From: Gemmatimonadota bacterium
Lineage (GTDB): Bacteria; Gemmatimonadota; Gemmatimonadetes; Gemmatimonadales; GWC2-71-9
Assembly (NCBI GenBank): GCA_016713435.1
Contig: JADJPD010000029.1
Location: 4,708-68,707, forward strand
Direction of reading: 5' to 3'
Length of the DNA stretch: 64,000 nucleotides
The notes beneath the pieces are model-generated. The model was not told the DNA's origin. It searched no databases and saw only the letters and a list, made by a program, of their open reading frames with translations. Every line of letters begins with the position of its first letter. The first letter of the stretch is position 1. Positions 9,730-18,693 of this stretch are shown here, one piece after another. The translations under genes were made by a program, and so were the position numbers.

Positions 9730-10051
9730 CCCGCGGGGCCCCCCCGGGGCCCCGGGGGCGGGGGGGGCGGGGGCGGGGGCCGGGCCGGGGCCCGGGGCCG
9801 GGGCGCCGCCGCGGGGGGGGGGCGGCGCCCCGCGGGGGGGCCCGGCGCCCCGCCGGCCGGGGGCGGCCCCCCCCCCCCCGCGGGGGGGGGGGGGGGGGGG
9901 GCCCGCCGCGGCGCCGGGGCCCCCCCCCCGGGGGGGGGGCGGCCCCGGGGGGGGGGGCGGCGGGGGGGCGGGGGCGGTGGGCGGGGGGGGGGGGGGGGGG
10001 GGGGCCGGGGCCCCCGCCGGGGGGGCGGCCCGGCCCCCCCCCGCCCGGGGG
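9730..10051. repeat. Low-complexity tract of essentially only G and C (a single T at 9978), with long homopolymers
   Basis: Direct reading shows no A and one T across 322 nt. There are G runs of 20 (9882-9901) and 22 (9983-10004) and a C run of 13 (9867-9879). It lies between the last GT2 gene and the DUF326 gene. Confidence 0.9.
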
Positions 10052-10134
10052 TCTGCCGCCGACGCCTGAGACGGACCGGGCGCCATTGGTGCCCGCGCTC
10101 CCCTTCCTTCCGCTGCTTCCGAGAGGACGCTTCT

Positions 10135-10494
10135 ATGGCTCACCAGACCGCGCCGCACCTCAGCCGCGAGATGCTCGACTGCATCGACGAGTGCCAGCAC
10201 TGCCATGCTACCTGCCTGGCCACTGTGCGGCATTGCCTCGAGATGGGCGGCAGGCACGCCGAGCCGGGGCACATCGCCCTGCTGCTGGACTGCGCCCAGA
10301 TCTGCGCCACCAGTGCCGACTTCATGCTGCGGAACTCGCCGCACCACCACCACACCTGCGCCGCCTGCGCGGAGATCTGCCGCGCCTGCGCCGAGGACTG
10401 TGAACGGGTGGACCCGAACGACGCGATGATGAAGGAATGCGCGGAGGATTGCCGGCGGTGTGCCGAGGAGTGCGCGCGGATGGCGACGGCGTAG
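10135..10494 (+). CDS. Cysteine-rich four-helix-bundle protein (DUF326 / copper-storage-like)
   Basis: Repeated CxxxCxxC(xxxC) helices are present: CIDECQHCHATC, DCAQICATS, CAACAEICRACAEDC and CAEDCRRCAEEC. A GAGAGGA sequence lies 8 nt upstream of ATG 10135. Confidence 0.8.
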   Translation: MAHQTAPHLSREMLDCIDECQHCHATCLATVRHCLEMGGRHAEPGHIALLLDCAQICATSADFMLRNSPHHHHTCAACAEICRACAEDCERVDPNDAMMKECAEDCRRCAEECARMATA

Positions 10495-12320
10495 GGGCTG
10501 GTGGCCGTGGTGCCGGAGCGCCGCTCCGGCAACGCGATCCTCACCTCCGAGTGGCCGGAGCAGGCTCCGGCGCTACGGGACTGCCGGCCGCCCCGGCTGC
10601 CGAGCGCTTCCATCGCCGCGGCAAGGGCCTGGTCGCGCCAGCGGGTGAGGAGGTCGGCGGGGAGGCCGGTGGTGGCGGTGAGGGCGTCGAGCGACTCGCC
10701 ACCGAGGAGCCGGAGGACGATGCGGCGGCGGTCCTGGTCGGTCCAGGTGGCGGGGTCGGGGCTGAGGGCGTCGGGCGGCGGGGCAGCGCGGTCGGGAGCG
10801 TGGGCCTGCGGGAGGCTCCGGCGGGCCAGGTGGCGGCGCTCGAGGGCGCGTTCCACCTGCCGGCGCCAGTGGAGCACCAGCGCGCGGGCGCGGTCGTCGA
10901 GGGCGCCCTCGCCGCGGCGGTCGGCGTAGAGACAGCCGATGAGCGCCTCCTCCAGCACCAGCGGCATCACGGCGAAGGCGCCCGCGCCGAGCGCCGAGGC
11001 GAGCAGCCGGTCATCGCCGCGCATGGTGCCGCTCACGAAGAGGTCGCGCCGGTCGAGCAGCGCCACGCCGAGCGAGCTGGTGCGGCTGGTGGCCGCGAAG
11101 CGGAACTGCGCCACCAGCTGGTCCACCCGTTCCCCCCACCCGAAGCGCCCCACCACCTCGTGGCGCGACGGCGTGAGCAGGCAGAAGAGCACCCGTTCGT
11201 AGCGGCCCGCGCGGGCCAGCGCGCGGAGGCCGTGCTCCAGCGCCGCGTCGAAGTCGAACCCCGGCTCCAGGCGCAGGTCGCCCGGCGGGTCGTCACCGGC
11301 GGGATCGCCGGCGACGGGGGGCAGCCCGTCCGCTCCATGCAGCCCCGGCCCGAGCTCGGCGACGCCATCGGTGGGGGTGAGCGGGTGGCCCAGCACCCGC
11401 ATGGTCTCCGCCACCTGCAGCTCGTAGTGCAGCGAGTCGAGCGTCACGCCCATCGCGGCGGCCGTCTCCCGCGTTTCCGCCAGCCCGGCCTGCACCACCT
11501 CGGCGAACTGCTCGGAGGTGACGGGCGCCCACGTCTGGTACTTCTCGAGCAGGCCGGCGAGCGCCGGGTCGGGGGTCCCCGCGCCGTGGCGGTAGGCCAT
11601 GGTGGTGAGCTCGTGCGCCATCGCCGTGATGGCGCCGAGCGGGGTGGCCTGCGCGGCGCCCGGGGTCATGACGGCGGCGATGTTGGTCATCCCGAGGCGG
11701 CGGCAGAGCGCGCGCCCGAGCGCCTCATACGGAAAGCCGAGCACCTTGATGGCGGCGAAGCCGCTGGGGAGCTGCTCCGTCTCCGCGAGGGCGCGGATCT
11801 GCGCGTACTCCCGCTGGAAGTGGCAGGCCACCAGCACCTCGCCCAGGTTGCGGAACATGCCGCAGAGGTACGCTTCCTCGGGGCTCGGGTAGTGGAGCCG
11901 GGTGGCCAGCTCGCGCGCGTGGTTGGCGGAGAGCATCGAGAGCAGCATCAGCTCCCGGAGCCCCGGCGACTTCCGCTGGTAGTGCTCGAACAGCATGAGG
12001 CCGACGACGAGGTCGCGGATCGTCTTGGCGCCGATCAGCGCGATGGCGTGCGTGGCGGTGAGCGCCGAGGTGCCCCAGCGGTTGTAGTAGGGGGAGTTGG
12101 CGGTCTTGAGGACCTTGAGGGTGAGGCCGTACTCCTTGAGCACCACGTCGGCCACTTCGCTCACCGAGGTGCGGTCGTCCTGCACCCAGGCCAGGATGGT
12201 GCCCACCTGCCGCGCGATGGCGGGGAAGCCCTCGCCCGCCATGATGCGCTCGAGGTAGCGCTCCACGGCGGCCCCCTGGTCGGCGGGCAGGGGCGTGGGG
12301 AGGGGGACGGGGACGGTCAC
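10140..12320 (-). CDS. HDOD-domain signalling protein with a central GAF-like region and a C-terminal HTH-like segment; the true 3' end is uncertain
   Basis: The N-terminus has FPAIARQVGTILAWVQDDRTSVSEVADVVLKEYGLTLKVLKTANSPYYN (HDOD). Later come GAF-like FAVMPLVLEEALIGCLYADR and RRRIVLRLLGGESLDALTATTGLPADLL. The last ~120 codons of the open frame are antisense to the DUF326 gene and run through two hairpins, so the real stop is probably near 10,500-10,600. Confidence 0.6.
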   Translation of the reverse strand: MTVPVPLPTPLPADQGAAVERYLERIMAGEGFPAIARQVGTILAWVQDDRTSVSEVADVVLKEYGLTLKVLKTANSPYYNRWGTSALTATHAIALIGAKTIRDLVVGLMLFEHYQRKSPGLRELMLLSMLSANHARELATRLHYPSPEEAYLCGMFRNLGEVLVACHFQREYAQIRALAETEQLPSGFAAIKVLGFPYEALGRALCRRLGMTNIAAVMTPGAAQATPLGAITAMAHELTTMAYRHGAGTPDPALAGLLEKYQTWAPVTSEQFAEVVQAGLAETRETAAAMGVTLDSLHYELQVAETMRVLGHPLTPTDGVAELGPGLHGADGLPPVAGDPAGDDPPGDLRLEPGFDFDAALEHGLRALARAGRYERVLFCLLTPSRHEVVGRFGWGERVDQLVAQFRFAATSRTSSLGVALLDRRDLFVSGTMRGDDRLLASALGAGAFAVMPLVLEEALIGCLYADRRGEGALDDRARALVLHWRRQVERALERRHLARRSLPQAHAPDRAAPPPDALSPDPATWTDQDRRRIVLRLLGGESLDALTATTGLPADLLTRWRDQALAAAMEALGSRGGRQSRSAGACSGHSEVRIALPERRSGTTATSPYAVAIRAHSSAHRRQSSAHSFIIASFGSTRSQSSAQARQISAQAAQVWWWCGEFRSMKSALVAQIWAQSSSRAMCPGSACLPPISRQCRTVARQVAWQCWHSSMQSSISRLRCGAVW
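10512..10571. terminator. Two copies of the palindrome GCCGGAGC-N-GCTCCGGC between convergent genes (terminator-like hairpins)
   Basis: 10512-10530 reads GCCGGAGCG-C-CGCTCCGGC and 10554-10571 reads GCCGGAGC-AG-GCTCCGGC. There are no T-tracts. Confidence 0.4.
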
Positions 12321-12406
12321 GGCGCCTCGGGCTGAGCCGGGGGCGGGACGCTCCTGCCCCCTGTCCTTCCCCTATCGGCCCGCGGGCGGGAAAGCTGTAG
12401 CGGACG

Positions 12407-14292
12407 TCAGGAAGGGCGGAGGCCGCCGGCCCGGCTCTCCTCGCGGACGCCCTCCGGGTCCCAGCCGCGGTCCTGGCCGTCGCTGAACTCGCCCCGATCG
12501 GACTGCAGCAGCGCCTCGAGGGCGGCGATGCGGTCGCGGGCCAGCGAGATGTAGGCGGAACGGTCGCGGCGGGTGGCGGCGAGCTCGGTGAGGGCGGCCT
12601 CGTCGTACTTGCGGAACACCTGCGCGGCGCGGTGCGCGGCGTAGGCGCGCATGCCGAGCAGGCGGAGCGCGTCCACGCCCACGCGGAGCGAGGTGTCGAG
12701 CGTGTCGCGGTAGATGTGAGTGAGGCCCAGGTCCATGAGCTCGTAGGTGTCGGGGCGGTCGGTGGCGCGGGCCAGCACGGTGAGGTGCGGGAAGTGCTGC
12801 TGCACCAGGCGCGCCAGCTCCAGGTTCTTCTCCGGGCTGTCGAGCGCCAGGATGATGACCCGCGCCTGGTGGGCGCCGGCCGCGGTGAGGAGGTCGAGGC
12901 GCGTGGCGTCGCCGTAGAAGACCTTGAGGCCCATGCGGCGGAGCAGCTCCACGCGGTCGCTGTCGTTGTCGAGCACCACGGCGGGATGGCCGTTGGCGCG
13001 GAGCAGCCGCCCCACCGTGTTGCCGAACCGGCCGAAGCCGCAGATGATCACCCCCGCCTGGTCATCGATGGCATCGGCGGCGCGCTCTTCCCCACGCCCG
13101 GCGATGACGCGCGGCGCGATGAGCCGCTCGTACGCCACCATGAGGAGCGGGGTGACGGCCATGCTGAGCGCGGTGACCGCGACGAGCGGGCCCGTCACCT
13201 CCACGCCGAGCACCCCGAGGCTCGCCGCGAAGGCCAGCAGCACGAAGGCGAACTCCCCCACCTGCGGCAAGGCGAAGGCGAGCAGCAGGCCCTGGTCGGT
13301 GGAGAGCCGGAAGACGCGCGCCAGCGCCGCCAGCACCAGCAGCTTGGCCACCAGCACCAGCCCCACCAGTCCCACGATGGTCCCCGGCCGCTCGGCGATG
13401 AGCCGGAAGTCGATGGACGCGCCCACCGCAATGAAGAACAAGCCGAGCAGCAGGCCCTTGAACGGCTCGATGTCGGCCTCGAGCTCGTGGCGGTACTCGC
13501 TGTCAGCCAGCACCACGCCGGCGAGGAAGGTCCCGAGCGCGGGCGAGAGTCCCACCGACTGCATCAGCAGCGCGATGCCGATCACCAGCAGGAGGGCGGC
13601 GGCGGTGAACAACTCGCGGAGCCCCGTGCGGGCCACGGCGCGGAGCGCCGGCCGCACCGCGAAGCGGCCGAGTGCGACGACACCGGCCACGGCGCCGAGC
13701 ACCACGAGCGTCTTGCCCCAGGCGGGGAGGCCGTCCGCCCAGCTGCCGTGCTCCGCCACCGCCACGGCGCCGGCCGGCGCCAGCAGCGGGAAGAGCGCCA
13801 GCATGGGGATCACGGCCAGGTCCTGGAAGAGCAGCACGGCGAAGCTGCTCTGGCCGGCCGCCGTCTTCATCAGGCCCTTCTCGCCCAGCATCTGCAGGAC
13901 GATGGCGGTGGAGCTCATGGACAGTGTCAGGCCCACGGCCACCGCGGCCGGGAACGGCAGCCCCAGCAGGAGGGCGATGCCCCCGAGCACGGCGGCGGTG
14001 CCCACCACCTGCAGCCCCCCGAGCCCGAGGATCGGCGCGCGGAGCCGCCAGAGGAGCGCGGGCTCCAGCTCGAGCCCCACCAGGAACAGCATCATCACCA
14101 CGCCGAACTCGGCCACGTGCATGACGTCGGCACCTTCCTGCCCCACCAGGTGGAGCCCGAAGGGCCCGATGATCACGCCGGCCAGGGAGGTAGCCGAGCA
14201 CCGAGCCGAGCCCCCGCCCGCTTGGCGAGCGGCACGGCCACGCACGCGGCCGCCAGGTAGACGAAGGCCTGGCCGAGGAAGCCGCCGCTCAT
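12407..14292 (-). CDS. kefC: Glutathione-gated K+ efflux antiporter, KefC/KefB-like (Na_H exchanger domain plus RCK/TrkA-N); two 1-nt insertions near the 5' end as assembled
   Basis: The start MSGGFLGQAFVYLAAACVAVPLAKRAG is in one frame and the body (..AGVIIGPFGLHLVG..QDLAVIPMLAL.., then GFGRFG NAD-fold) is in another. Removing one base from CCCCC 14211-14215 and one from GGG 14185-14187 restores the canonical LGSVLGYLLAGVIIGP. ATGA overlaps the upstream kefF-like gene. Confidence 0.8.
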
Positions 14293-14846
14293 GGGGCCTC
14301 CGCGGGGACGGGGAGGGTGTCGCGCAGCTGCTCGAGGTGGCGGCGGTAGGCGGCGGCGGCCGCGTCGATCTCCGGCAGCTCCATGCGGTGGCTGCCCAGC
14401 ACCACGTAGGGCGGGAGCCATTCCATGCCGCAGAGCCGCGCGGTCTGTTCCACGGGGAAGAGGAAGTCGGTGACCGGGTGCGCGTTGAAGCCGCCGGGCT
14501 GGTACGCCTGGGCGCCGCCGCCGGCGCTGGTGACCACCTGCAGCCGCTTGCCCCGGAGCCGGGTGCCGGCGCGCCCGTAGGCCCAGCCGTGCTCCAGGAC
14601 CAGGTCCTGCCACTGCTTGAGGATGGCGGGGGTGCTGTACCAGTAGAGCGGGTACTGCAGCAGGATCACGGGGTGGGTGAGCAGCAGTTCCTGCTCCCGC
14701 CGCACGTCGATGTCGAAGTCCGGGTACGCCTCGTAGAGGTCGTGGACGTAGACGCCGGGGAGGCCCGCGGCCGCGTCGAGCAGGCGGCGGTGGACCCGGG
14801 ACTTCTCGAGCGCGGGATGCGCAAAGAGCACGAGGATGGAGGCCAT
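14289..14846 (-). CDS. kefF: Flavodoxin-like NAD(P)H quinone oxidoreductase, KefF/KefG-type ancillary subunit
   Basis: MASILVLFAHPALEKSRVHRRL..LLQYPLYWYSTPAILKQWQD is present. It is translationally coupled to the kefC-like gene. The ORF upstream of ATG 14846 is not protein-like. Confidence 0.75.
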   Translation of the reverse strand: MASILVLFAHPALEKSRVHRRLLDAAAGLPGVYVHDLYEAYPDFDIDVRREQELLLTHPVILLQYPLYWYSTPAILKQWQDLVLEHGWAYGRAGTRLRGKRLQVVTSAGGGAQAYQPGGFNAHPVTDFLFPVEQTARLCGMEWLPPYVVLGSHRMELPEIDAAAAAYRRHLEQLRDTLPVPAEAP

Positions 14847-14923
14847 GCCCGAATGATCCCCGGTCCCGGTTTGGCCGCAAGCCCCGGATAGCCGCCGCCC
14901 CGCCCGGCCCTTATCCTCCTGCC

Positions 14924-16006
14924 ATGGCCCCGCCCCCCACTCTCCCTGACGCAACGGCCTGGGAGGCCGTGACCCGGCGCGATGCCGCGTGGGACGGGAA
15001 GTTCGTCTACGCGGTGACGAGCACCGGGATCTTCTGCCGGCCGTCCTGCCCCTCCCGGCGGGCGCGGCGGGACCGGGTGCGGTTCTACGCCACGCCGGCC
15101 GAGGCGCGGGCGGCGGGGTTCCGGGCCTGCAAGCGCTGCAAGCCGGAGCAGGCCAGCGTGGTGAGTGCGGCGGCGCAGGCGGTGGCGAAGGCGCGGGCCC
15201 TGCTCGATGCCGCGGGCGGCGCGCCGGTCTCGCTGGCCGAACTCTCGGCGGCCACGGGCCTGAGCGCCTGGCACCTGCAGCGCACCTTCAAGAAGCTCAC
15301 CGGCCTCTCGCCGCGGGAGTACGCCGAGGCCCGGCGCGCGGAACGGCTGCGTGAGGCACTCCGGGTGGAGCCGAGCGTGAGCCGGGCCACCTATGAGACG
15401 GGGTTCGGCTCGTCGAGCCGGCTCTACGAGCGGGCACACCTGCTGCTCGGCATGACGCCGGGCGCGTACAGGAAAGGCGGGGCGGGCATGGAGATCCGGT
15501 ACACCATCGTGGGCTCACCGCTCGGGCGACTGCTGGTGGGCGTCACCGCGCGCGGCGTGGCCGCCGTGCTGCTCGGCGAGGACGATCGCCTGCTGGTGGC
15601 GGAACTGGAGGAGAAGTTCCCCAATGCCGCACGCGAGCGCGTGGACGACGGCGCGGAGGAATGGCTCGGCGGGCTGGTGAAGGAGGTGGCGCGGCGGATC
15701 GAGCGCCCCGGGAGTCCGGGCGGCGCGCCGCTGCCGCTCGACCTGGTGGGCACGGCGTTCCAGTGGCGCGTCTGGCAGGCGCTGCTCGAGATCCCGGCCG
15801 GCGAGACGGTGAGCTACCAGGAACTGGCCGCGCGTCTCGGCATGCCCACGAGCACGCGGGCCGTGGCCAGCGCGGTGGCGGCCAATCGCGCGGCGGTGCT
15901 GGTGCCCTGCCACCGCGTGGTGCGCAGTGACGGGTCGCTCGGCGGCTATCGCTGGGGCCTGCCGCGAAAGCGGGCATTGCTCGAGCAGGAGCGCGCTACC
16001 TCCTGA
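14924..16006 (+). CDS. ada: Bifunctional Ada-like regulator / methylated-DNA-protein-cysteine methyltransferase
   Basis: The N-terminal Zn-Cys4 motif is FCRPSCPSRRA..CKRC. An AraC-type HTH (LSAWHLQRTFKKLTGLSPREY) follows, and the C-terminal active site is PCHRVV. Confidence 0.85.
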   Translation: MAPPPTLPDATAWEAVTRRDAAWDGKFVYAVTSTGIFCRPSCPSRRARRDRVRFYATPAEARAAGFRACKRCKPEQASVVSAAAQAVAKARALLDAAGGAPVSLAELSAATGLSAWHLQRTFKKLTGLSPREYAEARRAERLREALRVEPSVSRATYETGFGSSSRLYERAHLLLGMTPGAYRKGGAGMEIRYTIVGSPLGRLLVGVTARGVAAVLLGEDDRLLVAELEEKFPNAARERVDDGAEEWLGGLVKEVARRIERPGSPGGAPLPLDLVGTAFQWRVWQALLEIPAGETVSYQELAARLGMPTSTRAVASAVAANRAAVLVPCHRVVRSDGSLGGYRWGLPRKRALLEQERATS

Positions 16007-16046
16007 GGCTGCTTGCCGGGAGGACGCGTCGGCCCCAAACTCCGGC

Positions 16047-16439
16047 ATGTCCTCGCTCCGCACCACCGCCCTCGCGCTCACCGGCTTTGGGGTGCCGGCC
16101 ACCGTGGCCAGCGCCGAGATCCGCGAACTGAGCCCGGGGGAGCGGCTGCGCCGCGGGCTCGGCGCCGCGGGGCTCGGCCTCCTGCTCGCCATCCTGACGC
16201 TGCCCATTCCCATCGTGCATTTCGTCTTCCCGCTGGTGGCGCTGGTGGGCGGGCTGGTCCTCGGCGTGCGACGCTTCGGGCAGGGGGAGCTCTTCCACCG
16301 GGTGGAGGGGCCGTGCCCCTTCTGCGGGCGGGATGGGCGCTGGGGGCTCACCCACGCGCCGGTCAAGCTGCCGCGCGAACTCTCGTGCCCCGCCTGCCGC
16401 AAGACCCTCGAACTCGAGGCGCCGCGCACGGGGGGTTGA
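16047..16439 (+). CDS. Hypothetical membrane protein with a C-terminal zinc-ribbon (CPFC..CPAC)
   Basis: It starts MSSLRTTALALTG and has two hydrophobic helices, then GPCPFCGRDG..LSCPACRKTL. There is no recognisable family. Confidence 0.45.
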   Translation: MSSLRTTALALTGFGVPATVASAEIRELSPGERLRRGLGAAGLGLLLAILTLPIPIVHFVFPLVALVGGLVLGVRRFGQGELFHRVEGPCPFCGRDGRWGLTHAPVKLPRELSCPACRKTLELEAPRTGG

Positions 16440-16497
16440 GAAACGGCTTCCGGCGGGGATCTTTCGTCCGGTCCCCTCTCCCCTCCGGAGCCCCTCC

Positions 16498-17064
16498 ATG
16501 CGCATCTCCCCGCTGCTGGCCACCGCCCTCCTGGCGGCGCCGCTCGCCGCGCAGGTCCCCAGCCCTGACATCCAGATTGCCGCCGCCGTGCAGCCGCTGC
16601 CCGAGGCCGACCGCGCCAAGGCGACGGTGATCGGTTACCGCAACTACGGCCGCCTCACGGTGCTGCGCGAGGGGACGGGCCCCATGGTCTGCCTGGCGGA
16701 CGATCCCGCCGCGGAAGCCTGGCACGTGGCCTGTTACCACAAGGACCTCGAGCCCTTCATGGCGCGCGGCCGCGAGCTCGAGGCGCAGGGCCTCAAGCGG
16801 CCCGCCATCGACAGCGTCCGCCTGGCCGAGATCACGGCCAGGACGCTGCCGTTCCCCGACGGCCCGCGCGCACTGATCAACCTCTCGGCGCCCAAGGACA
16901 GCATCGACGCGGCCACCGGCATCGCGCGGAGCCCGCGGCGGCTCGACGTGCTCTACATCCCCTACGTGACGGGCGCCGCGGTGGGCCTCCCGGAGCGCCC
17001 GGGCGTGGGGCCGTGGGTGATGTATCCCGGGAAGCCGTGGGCGCACCTGATGATCATGCGCTGA
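16498..17064 (+). CDS. Secreted hypothetical protein
   Basis: It has a signal peptide, MRISPLLATALLAAPLAAQVPS. Codon usage is coding-like. The family is not recognised. Confidence 0.5.
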   Translation: MRISPLLATALLAAPLAAQVPSPDIQIAAAVQPLPEADRAKATVIGYRNYGRLTVLREGTGPMVCLADDPAAEAWHVACYHKDLEPFMARGRELEAQGLKRPAIDSVRLAEITARTLPFPDGPRALINLSAPKDSIDAATGIARSPRRLDVLYIPYVTGAAVGLPERPGVGPWVMYPGKPWAHLMIMR

Positions 17065-17065
17065 C

Positions 17066-18548
17066 GTGGACCCGATCGAGCGCGACTGCTTCTGGCTCGC
17101 GGGGCTCGCGCCCCGCGAGGTGACCCCGCTGGCCGCACCCGCCACCGCCGACATCGTGGTGGTGGGCGCCGGCCTCACGGGGCTCTGGTGCGCGCTCTTC
17201 CTCAAGGAGATGGCGCCGGAGCGGGAGGTCGCGGTGGTGGAGCAGGGCATCGCCGCCTACGGGGGCGAGCGGCCGGAACGCCGGCATGCTCTCCGAGACC
17301 GTGGACCACAGCCATGCCCTGGCCATCCAGCACTTCGGGATGGACGAGGCCCGCCGCCTGGCCCGCGTGGGCGAGGCGAACGTGGCGGAGATGCTCGCCT
17401 TCCTGGCCGAGCGAGGCATTGCCTGCGAGTGGGAGCCGACGGGGCGCCTCATGGTGGCGCTCACCGACGGGCACGTCGAGGAGTGCCACCGGAACCTGGC
17501 CATCGCGCAGGAACTCGGCATCACGGGCTGGCGCTACCTCAGTGCGGACGAGGTGCGGGCCGAGGTGCACAGCCCGCTCTACCGGGGCGCCCTGGCGGTG
17601 AGCCGGGGCGGCATCTGCAACCCGGCGCGGCTCACCGACGGCCTTCGCGCCGAGGCGGTGCGCCAGGGGGTGCGGGTGTACGAGCGGTCGGTGGTGCGCG
17701 CCATCGAGGAGGAGGGGCGCCAGCTCCGGGTGCGGAGCGCGGCGGGCGGCTCGCTCGTGGCCGGGCACGTGGTGCTGGCGACGAGCGCCTACACCCACCA
17801 CCTGCTGCCGAGGGTGCTGCGCCGCTTCATCCCGCTGTACGACTACATCATGGTCAGCGAGCCGCTGAGCGCCGCCCAGTGGCAGGCGATCGGCTGGCAG
17901 AAGCGCCAGGGCATCACCGACGGCCGCACCTTCTTCAACTACTACCGGCCAACGGCCGACGGCCGGGTGCTCTGGGGCACCAGCGAGGCCGCCTACCACG
18001 GCCCGAACCGCGTGGACCCGGCGTGCGACCACTCGCCTGGTCACTATGCCTCGCTCGAGGCCGGCTGGAAGCGGCACTTCCCCGATGCGGCGGACTTGCG
18101 CTGGGAGTACCGGTGGGGCGGTGCCATCTGCTCCACTACGCGCCTGACGCCGTTCTTCGGCCGTGCCTTCGAGAACCGGCTCTCCTACGGCCTCGGCTTC
18201 ACCGGCCACGGCCTCGGCAGCACCCGCATCGCCGGGCGCATCCTGGCCCACATGGCCCTGAACCGTCCTGGCGACGTGCTCTCCCTCCCGCTCGTGACCC
18301 AGCCCCCCTTCCCATATCCGCCGGAGCCGCTCCGCGGCTGGGCGGTGAACGCGGTGACGCGCGCGCTGCGCCAGGTGGACGAGGGGCGGCCGCCGAACCT
18401 CATGCTGCGGGCGCTGGACCGGCTGGGGATCGGGTTCGTCGGGTGGGCGCGGGGGTTCACCGCAGAGACTCAGAGGCGCGGAGGGCGCAGAGGACCTGCA
18501 CGGCACAGCGGGGCTGTCTCGAGACGAGCCCGCCGTCCGGGGGTGTGA
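17066..18548 (+). CDS. FAD-dependent oxidoreductase (DAO family, gamma-glutamylputrescine-oxidase-like); 1-nt frameshift at GGGGG 17261-17265, and the stop codon lies inside repeat element copy 2
   Basis: ADIVVVGAGLTGLW (dinucleotide fold) is in frame 2. After the G5 run, the frame of ORF 17286..18548 continues as ..SGRNAGML... Deleting one G restores the GASGRNAG motif. The last ~30 codons are element sequence. Confidence 0.7.
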
Positions 18549-18676
18549 GTTCGGCCCAGGCCACGACCCCATCCGGCTGCCAGACCACCCTAAATTCACT
18601 GCACTCCCGTCGCGGTGGGCCCCTCTCGAGCGCAGGTCCTCTGCGGCCTCTGGGTCCTCCGCGCCTCTGCGGTGAA
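18456..18676 (-). mobile_element. MITE/REPIN-like element copy 2 (inverted relative to copy 1)
   Basis: The arms are TTCACCGCAGAG..GCAGAGGACCTGC and ..GCAGGTCCTCTGCGG..CGCGCCTCTGCGGTGAA. The internal block CCAGACCACCCTAAATTCACTGCACTCCC is the reverse complement of the copy 1 block. Confidence 0.7.
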
Positions 18677-18693
18677 CCACCGGAGCGCTCAGC

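Noticed and set aside
9676-10134. Gly/Arg/Pro-rich N-terminal extension that is in frame with the DUF326 gene through the GC-only tract
   Set aside because: The frame is open only because the tract lacks A/T, so no stop codon is possible. The DUF326 domain has its own ATG with an upstream GAGAGGA, and proteins of this family are about 110-120 aa.
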